From Eledone cirrhosa (lineage: Eukaryota), in assembly GCA_964016885.1 (NCBI GenBank), contig OZ024743.1:246946001-247010000 (forward strand): 64,000 nt of DNA, read 5' to 3'. The notes beneath the pieces were generated by a model. It saw nothing but the letters and a program-made list of their open reading frames with translations, was not told the origin of the DNA and searched no databases. Within the stretch, counting starts at the first letter, position 1; every line of letters begins with the position of its first letter. The position numbers and the translations under genes were made by a program. Positions 55,995 to 64,000 of this stretch are shown here, piece after piece.

Positions 55995-58900
55995 CATTAA
56001 TGTTAGATTTAGGGTTAGTGTTAGGGTAAGTTTTACTGTTAACGGTAAGTTTATTGTTAGTGACTGTGTTACTGTTAGCATTACTGTCACTGTTAGTGTT
56101 ACTGTAACTGTTACTCTTACAGTTACTGTTTGCGTTAGTCTGCATCAGCGTTAGCATTTGCATAAGCGACTATATAAGCTTTTGTGTTAGTGTCTATGTA
56201 GACTGGTGTTAGAAACTGCGTTAGTGTTTGGATTAGCCTTAGTGTTTGCGTAAGTGTCAGCATCTATGTCAGCATTTGCGTCAGCGTCTGCATTAGTGAT
56301 AGTGATTGTGTCAGCATTTCCCTTAGCGTCTGAGTCAACATTAGTGTTAGCAGCATTAGTGTTTGTTTCAGTGCCTACGTCTACGTCAGCTTCTGAGTCA
56401 GCATTATCATTAGTGTCTGCGTCAGCACTTGTGTCAGTGTCAGCGTTTGCATCAGCGTGCACATCAGCATTTGTATTAGTGTTTGAGTCAGTGTTAGCAT
56501 CAGCGTTTGCATTTGTGTAGGGGTTAGCATTGGCGTCAGCATCTGCATCAGCATTCACATTAACATTAGCGTTTGCGACAGCGTTTCCTTTAACGTCTTT
56601 GTCAGCATTTCCATTAGCTTCTGTGTCAGTGTTTCCGTTAGCATCTATGTCAGTGTTTCCATTAGCTTCTACGTCAGTGTTTCCGTTAGCATCTATGTCA
56701 GTGTTTCCGTTAACTTCTACGTCAGCGTTTCCGACCGCGTCTGTGTCAGCGTCAGTATTTACATCTACATCAGCATCAGCGTTTCAGTTAACGTCAGTGT
56801 TTACGTTAGCGTCTGTGTCAGCGTTTACGTTAAAATCTATGTCAGCGTTTACGTTAGCTTCTACATCAGCGTTTCCGTAACGTCTGCGTCAGCGTTTTCC
56901 GTTAGCATTGGTGTTTTCATCAACCTTTCCTGTGGCGTCCGCATCATTGCAGCGTCTGCATATCCCATGTAAGCATTAACTTCAGCATTTGCATCAGCGT
57001 TAGCGTTAGCCTTAGCCCTAGCGTCCGCATCAGCATTTGCGTTAGCGTCAGCATATACGTCAGCGCCAGCAAAACTGCCTCAACATTTGCGTCAGCGTTA
57101 GCTTGGCTTCAGCAATCCACATCAGCAATTGCGTTTTAGAGATCAGCTTCGGCGGTAAGGGTAAATGCTAATTTCTACGCCTGCTTCTACGTTAACAACT
57201 ACGGCAACGTTTTGTTAGCTTCTACGTCAGCGTTTACGTTAGCTTCTACGTCAGCATCTATGTTAGCTTCTACGTCAGCGTCTACGTTAACATCTACGTC
57301 ATCGTCTACGTTAGCTTCTACGTCAGCATCTACATTAGCTTCTACGTCAGCGCTTACATTAGTGTCTGTGTCAGCGTTTACGTTAGCTTCTACGTCATCG
57401 TTTATGTTAGCGTCTGTGTCAATGTGTGTTAGCATCTGTGTCAGCGTTATGTTAGCGTCTGCGTCAGTGTTTATATTAGCATCTGCATCAGTGTTTACGT
57501 TAGCATCTGTGTTAACGTGTGTTAGCGTCTGTGTCAGCATTTTCATCAGTGTTTGCATCAGTGTTTCCTTTAGCTTCTACGTCAATGTTTACGTCTGCGT
57601 TAAGGTTCACATTAGCATCGCTGTCAGCATTTGCGTTTGCTTTAACATCTGCATCAACATTTGCGTCTGTGTTTGCATTAGTGTCTGCATTTGCTTTAGT
57701 GTTTGCATCAGCGTGAGCATTTGTGTCAGTGTCCATGTCAGCGTTAGAGTCTGTGTAGCATTTACATCAGCGTGTGCATCAGAGTCTGTGTCAGCATTCG
57801 CTTTTGCACCTGCATCAGTATTCACGTTAGTGTTTGTGTCAGCGTAAGCGATTGTGTCAACATTTGCGCTAGCGTTTGTGCCAGCATAGCCATCTTCGTC
57901 AGTGTCAGCTTTGGCGTTAGTGTTTCCATTAGTGTTCGTGTTAGTGTTTGATTTTGTATTAGTGTTAGCATTTTTGTTAGTGTTAGTGTTCAGGTTAATG
58001 TTGACTTAGTTTTCAGGTTAGTGTTAGTTTTCAGGTTAGGGCTCATGTTACTTTTAGTGTTAGTGCTCAGGTTAGTGGTTTATGGTAGTGTTAGTGTTAG
58101 TGTTCATGTTAATATCAGTTTTAGTGTTAGTGTTTACGGTAGTGTTAGTGTTTTATTTTGTGTTAATGTTTGTGTTAGTGTTTCCATTAGTGTTAGTGCT
58201 AGTCTTTGTTTTTCTGTTAATGTTAGTGTTTGTTTTAGTGTTGAGGTTAATGTTAGCTTAGTTTTCTGGTTAGTATCAGTTTTTGTGTTAGTTTTAGTGT
58301 TAGTGTTCAGGTTAGTGTTAGTTTTTATGGTAGTGTTAGTGCTACTGTTAGTGCTCAGATCAGTGTTAGTGTTTGTGTTACTGTTTATGGTAGTGTTAGT
58401 TTTAGTGTTTAGGTTAATGTTAGTTTTAGTGTAAGTGTTCAGGTTAGTGTTAGTGTTCAAGTTATGTTAGTGTTAATGTTAGTTTTAGTGTTAAGGTTAG
58501 TGTTAGAGATTGTGTTAGTGTTTGTTTTTGTGTTAATATTTGTGTTAGTATCTCTGTTAGCATTAGTGATTGATGTTTCCATTAGTGTTAGTGATTGTGT
58601 TAGCGTTAGTCTTTGTTTTTGTGTTAATGTTAGCATTAGTATTTCTGTTAGTGTTAGCATGAGTGTGTGTTAGTGTTCAGGTTAATGTTAGCTTAGTATT
58701 CAAGTTAATGTTAGTTTTAGTGTTAGAGATTGTGTTAGTGTTTGTTTTTGTGTTAACATTTGTGTTAGTATCTCTGTTAGTGTTAGTGTTCAGGTTAGTG
58801 TTAGTTTTAGTGTTAAGGTTAGTGTTAGTGTTAGTATTTGTTTTTGTGTTAATATTTGTGTTAGTATCTCTGTTAGCATTAGTGTTTGATGTTTCCATTA

Positions 58901-59520
58901 GTGTTAGTGATTGTGTTAGCGTTAGTCTTTGTTTTTGTGTTAATGTTAGCATTAGTATTTCTGTTAGTGTTAGCATTAGTGTTTATGTTAGTGTTCAGGT
59001 TAATGTTAGCTTAGTTTTCAGGTTAGAGTTAGTGTTCAAGTTAATGTTAGTTTTAGTGTTGAGGTTAGTGTTAGAGATTGTGTTAGTGTTTGTTTTTGTG
59101 TTAATATTTGTGTTAGTATCTCTGTTAGCATTAGTGTTTGTTTTAGTGTTGAAGTTAATGTTAGCTTAGTTTTCTTGTTAGTATCAGTTTTCAGATTAGT
59201 GTTTGTGTTAGTGTTACTTTTAGTGTTAGTGCTCAGGTCAGTGTTAGTGTTTATGGTAGTGTTAGTTTTAGTGCTAGTGTTCAGGCTAATGTTAGTTTTA
59301 GTGTCAGTGTTCAGGTTAGTGTTAGTGTTTGTATTAGTGTTTGCGGTAGTGTTAGTTTTAGTGCTGGTGTTCAGGTTAGTGTTAGTGACAGTTTTAGTGT
59401 TAGTGTTTGTGTTAGTTTTCTATTTAATGTTAGTTTTCAGATTTTGTGTTTGTGTTAGTTTTCATGTTAGCGTAGTTCACTGTTAGAGCATGTGTGAGTG
59501 CAAGTGTTAAGGTAAGTGTT
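55995..59520. repeat. Low-complexity 6-bp-period array (GCRTCA/GYGTTA, then GTGTTA) with a 24-bp unit GTTAGCTTCTACGTCAGCGTTTAC
   Basis: Directly visible. It produces the spurious Ala/Ser, Asp/Ala, Asn/Thr and Leu/Val ORFs in the track. Confidence 0.9.
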
Positions 59521-60802
59521 ATTTTTAAACTTCGGTTTTAGCTTAAAGTTAGGTTTTCTACTTTCCAGGAAAAAAGTTGATCCTCTCTAACTTGAGTGGT
59601 GTGATATAGTGTGGTAAAGTATAGTGTTTCATAGTCTTGTGTGGTGTTGTCTATTGTTGTATAGTGTAGTATGGTATATTGTTTCATAGCATGGTCTGAT
59701 GTGAGGTCGTACAGTGTTTCGTAGTGTGGTGTTGGATAATGTGGTATGGTATAATGTTTGTCAGTGTGGTGTGGTATGGTATAGGTTGATGTAGTGTGGC
59801 TTAGTTTGATTATAATAATACAAATAATAATAACAATAATAATAGTAATAATAATTGTTCTTCTTGTTCATTTTCTTTGTCTTCTTCTGTGCCTTTGTTT
59901 TCTTCTGTGCCTTTGATTTCTTCTGTGCCTTTGACTTCTTCTGTGCCTTTGACTTCTTCTGTGCCTTTATCTTTTCCTCTGCCATCTAAATACCAAAAAC
60001 AAAGAATGTAAAACATATATGTTGCCTATCTCTCAGACTTTCAGACTTTACAAAGTGCTGAGGAGATAAAGTTAATTTAAAGAGCAGTGTGCTCATGCAC
60101 TGTGATCCTATAATGTAGCTTATAAGCTATTTCATAACTAAAAAACAATGTCAAACATCAACAAAAGTATATACAAATATCTTTGAATGTTTAAGTTAAA
60201 CCTAAATAGATTGTATCTACAGGTCATTAGGTTAAGACTGAACTAAGATCATATCTATAAATCATTAGGCTTAGACTGAACTGAGATCATACTTTCTTCT
60301 TCTTTTCGTCATCTTCGTTTCCCGTGTCTTCTTTGTCTTTGTTGTCATTTTCATTTTAGTCGTCTGCTTCGTCGTCTTTTTCTTCTTTTCCATCTAAATA
60401 TATAAAAAATTGTACAAATATATAGCTGATCTCTCAGAGTTTCACGAAACACCGAGGAGATACAGTTAATATAACGAGTGGGGAGTTCATATATATATAT
60501 ATATATATATGGTATAGCATGGTGTTATGTGGTCTGGTGTGGTACAACATGGTGTGATGTGGTGTGGTATGATATGGTGAGGCAGGGGGTGGGGACACAA
60601 CGTTAGATTAATGTTAACAATACACATGTAATATCCACATGTGATGAGAAGGGGGAAACAGTGTTTAAGTAATTTTAACATTACATGTAGTATCCATCTA
60701 CAGGTGATTAAGTTAAGACTGAGGTGTAATCATATGAAAAGGTCAATTTAAAACTACACTGAGATTCTGCTTAAAATGATGGTCAATGAAGTGTTTACTT
60801 AC

Positions 60803-60850
60803 TCAGATCCTTTGAAATAACTTTCTTTCTCTTACTGTAATTGGACATAC
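60803..60850 (-). other. Candidate 48-nt exon
   Basis: ttttctatttcgtag|GTATGTCC...GGATCTGA|gtaagt, with open frame MSNYSKRKKVISKDL. Confidence 0.4.
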
Positions 60851-60879
60851 CTACGAAATAGAAAACAGTCGAATAGACT

Positions 60880-61305
60880 GTGGTGTGGTGTAGTGTGGTG
60901 TGGTTTAGTGTAGTGGACAGTGGTGTGGTGTAGTGTAGTGGAGTGTGGTTTAGTGTAGTGGACAGTGGTGTGGTGTAGTGTAGTGGAGTGTGGTTTAGTG
61001 TAGTGGACAGTGGTGTGGTGTAGTGGAGTGTGGTGGAGTGGAGTGTGGTTCAATGTAGGGTGGGGATATGGTGTAGTGGAGTGTGGTGGGATGTAGTGTG
61101 GTAGCATGTGGTCTGATGGCATGTGATGTGATGTGATGTGGCGTGGCGTGGTGAAATATGATGTGATGTGAGGAAATGTGGCGTGGCGTGGTGAAATGTG
61201 ATGTGGCGTGGTGAAATGTCGCGTGGCATGGTGAAATGAGGCAAGGCGAGGCGAGGCGAGACGAGACGAGACGAGACGAGACGTGGTGTGATGTGATGTG
61301 ATGTG
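60880..61305. repeat. GTGTG/GTGTA/GAGAC pentanucleotide repeats with a ~45-bp unit
   Basis: Directly visible. Similar tracts at 59597-59800, 60510-60590 and 62390-62665. Confidence 0.85.
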
Positions 61306-61695
61306 AAATTTTTTCATCCTATATTTCATGTGCTATCAACTAATCCAATCTCCAAGATGCTTGAAACTGACTTTTCCCCCCAGGAAAACGGCGGGGTGAG
61401 GTGGTTCCCCCTTCACCCGGATAACCCCTGCTTACTCGGAATTTTCTCTTTGATTCTATTTTCATGCGTTATCAGTGAATATGACTTCCAAACCAGTCAA
61501 AAACAACTAGCTTTGGAGAAAGAGGAGAGGGAGAGGGGAAGAGTTTTGCAGATCTACACCCCACTCACATGCTGAGGGACTTAATCATTTTCGGTATATT
61601 TCCTGTGCTATTAATTTCCTGTGCTATTTCCTGTGCTATTTCTAGTGCTATTAATTAATCTGACCTCCAAGATGCTTCCAAACAACTTATTTCCC

Positions 61696-62045
61696 TGGGT
61701 TAGGTTTAGGGTTTAGGGTTTAGTTTTAGGGTTGGGGTAAAGTTTAGGGTTTAGTTTTAGGGTTGGGGTAATGTTTAGGGTCTAGTTTTAGGGTTGGGGT
61801 AAAGTTTACGGTTTAGTTTTAGGGTTGGGGTAAAGTTTAGGGTTTAGTTTTAGGTTTGGGGTAAAGTTTAGGGTCTAGTTTTAGGTTTGGGGTAAAGTTT
61901 AGGGTTTAGTTTTAGGGTTGGGGTAAAGTTTAGGGTTTAGTTTTAGGGTTGGGGTAATGTTTATATTTAGATTTAGCTTGGTTTGGTTTAGATTTAGAGT
62001 TTAGGGTTGGGGCTAGATTTAATTTTATGTTTAATTTAGTTTTAG
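61696..62045 (+). repeat. Telomere-like minisatellite, 31-bp unit GGGTTTAGTTTTAGGGTTGGGGTAAAGTTTA
   Basis: About 8 units (period 31, e.g. 61861 to 61892) flanked by inverted arms at 61655-61698 and 62054-62110. Confidence 0.85.
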
Positions 62046-62857
62046 TTTCCAAATCCCAGGAAAAAAATTGATTCAGAGCAACTAAAAGGTCAGATTAGTT
62101 GATAGCACTCAAAAGGAGACCGAAGAAAAATCTTTAGGGTATATATCTACAAAACGACAATGGTTTTTCCACCCGCTTTACTCCTCCTTTTTTCTAGAAC
62201 AACTAATCATTTCCAACTGGTTTGGAGGTCATATTCGTTGATAACATACGAAAAATATTAGAGAAAACTCTGGGGTTAAATGAGAGATGTGCATCCACCT
62301 AAGTTTTCCATGAAGAGAGAGTCAATAACAAACATCTTAGAGATCAGATTAGTTGATAACACATGAAAAAAAGATGAGGAAAAAATTTTGGGTGTTATAT
62401 GGTATGGAGTAGTGTGGTGTGTTTTTATGTGGAGTGGAGTAGTGTGGTGTGTTTTTATGTGGTGTGATGTAGTGTGGTGTGTTGTGTTGTGGTGTTATGT
62501 GGTGTGGAGTAGTGTGGTGTAGTGTTGTATATTTTTATGTGGTGTGGTGCGGTGCACTGCGATGTGGTGTGGTGTGGTGTGGTGCAGTGCGGTGCAGTGT
62601 GGTGTTGTGCAGTGCGATATTGTGCAGTGCGGTATTGTGCAGTGTAGTGCTGTGCGGTGCAGTGAGGTTCTTCATCTTTATCTTTCTCTTCTTCATCTTT
62701 GTATTCATCTTCTTTGTTTTGTCTTCCATCTAAAGAAAGAAAAAATATATAAAACATATATGTAGCCAATCTCTCAGACTTTTACAAAGCTCCAGGGAGA
62801 TAAATTTAATATAAGTGGTGTGTTCCAGAACAGAGATACTACAAAATAGCTTAAAAG

Positions 62858-62908
<51 letters not shown>

Positions 62909-62912
62909 TACA
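62858..62912. repeat. (TA)n microsatellite
   Basis: Directly visible. Confidence 0.95.
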
Positions 62913-62939
62913 CGGGTGTGTATGATTGTGTATAGAAGA

Positions 62940-64000
62940 TTATATTAATAAAAGGAATTCCAACTTTGTCTGATTTACTCGTTTTATTTACAATCCTTTA
63001 AAATTATAATGGTATTAGAATGAAATAGTATGGTAGAATATTAAGTGTTAATTGAACAAGTAATTTCATGCTTTCGCAATCTTCAGGTTTATATTCTGTG
63101 GTGACAGTCAAGTTTACAATTTTCAACTAGTTAGGGTTTAAGTTTGTTTTTATGTATTGTGATGTGTGATATGTAAAAGACAGACGAGCATGAAAGGGAG
63201 AAAAATATAATGAACTGAGGAGGAATAATCTAACGTCAAAAAAATGTTTATGTTTACGAAGGATTTTTAAAGGTAATGCTATAAAGTATTTAAAAGGTTA
63301 TAATAATTTTTATGGCCAATGATATGAAGAAAGATGGAAGAGTGGATATGTTGTGGTGAGTAATAATAAGAATTGAGAAGTAGTTAGGAAGAAAAAGTAC
63401 AGATTAGAGGTTAGAAATTAAAAGAAAAGAGGAAGAAAGGAAAGTGATAAATAGGAATGATATAGAATGAGTAACTAGTATTATATAATGTATAATAAAT
63501 AATATTGAAATAAGGTAGAAAGATGGGTATATTTTTGGAAGGTTCTGTATTGTTGGAAAGTTTAGATGGTAGTGTCTGAGTTTTTTGTCGATTATTAGAA
63601 TTACTGGCACTGGTTTGTTTGTTCGACTGTTTAGAGTTGACAAGTTGTTTTATCACAGGTGTCTTCCATTCTTTAAGTAAATGATTTAGAAATATCTGGA
63701 CTTGGGAGTCAGAAGAATCAAGCAGTTCTTTCATATATTCTTCAACATCTAAGTTTCATATATTCTTCAAGAACTAAGTTTTTTTCAAGACAATGGTTGT
63801 GGAGAGGACATTTATTTTTAACAGGACAATTACAATTGCGATTAGAGAAATTAACAGAGTTATTAACAAGTGACCTAGTGTTATCTATAGGAGGAATTGG
63901 ATTGGAGAAGTTATTTACGATAGGAATAATAGTTTCCTGATTTAGATTAGTATTAAGAACATTTGACGAAGTTACGTTTGACGTCGTATTTGAGTTTGCA
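62940..64000 (-). mobile_element. Penelope-like retroelement remnant, running off the window end
   Basis: An open minus frame from 63999 gives an Asn-rich linker then RNCNCPVKNKCPLHNHCLEKNLV (63840-63772), the Cys-rich motif that precedes the GIY-YIG domain in Neptune-type PLEs. A hammerhead-like motif lies downstream. Confidence 0.7.
63045..63092 (-). ncRNA. Degenerate hammerhead ribozyme motif at the 3' end of a Penelope-like element
   Basis: Minus strand reads CTGAAGA-TTGC-GAAA-GCAT-GAAA-TTACTTGTTCAATT. Cores and a GAAA-capped stem II are present, but stem I does not pair. Confidence 0.5.

Noticed and set aside
56187-59486. Asp/Ala-rich and Leu/Val-rich ORFs as biomineral, antifreeze or membrane proteins
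   Set aside because: Open on both strands in several frames because of the 6-bp periodicity, broken by stops, and without splice support.
61696-62045. True telomere
   Set aside because: The units are degenerate 31-mers, internal, and flanked by ordinary sequence on both sides.

Overview
Eukaryotic, AT-rich, repeat-dominated DNA. The SINE/LINE repertoire and compound (TA)n/(TG)n microsatellites look like an octopus-type cephalopod genome, which is an inference. No intact host gene can be named. About half the window (11.3-42.4 kb) is one 32-bp-monomer satellite with 2-3.5 kb higher-order duplications, interrupted by a young 5'-truncated CR1-like LINE. The flanks hold three decayed RTE-clade LINEs with a PHD-type finger inside the RT, a decayed BovB-type RTE ending in C2H2 fingers, CR1 fragments, tRNA-derived SINEs, hAT, mariner and other MITEs, a Helitron-like element, a foldback element family with telomere-like cores and a Penelope-like remnant. 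Read directly from the sequence and absent from the ORF track: three minus-strand type I hammerhead ribozyme motifs, each next to a (TA)n tract, and a speculative chain of minus-strand micro-exons that would make the satellite intronic.
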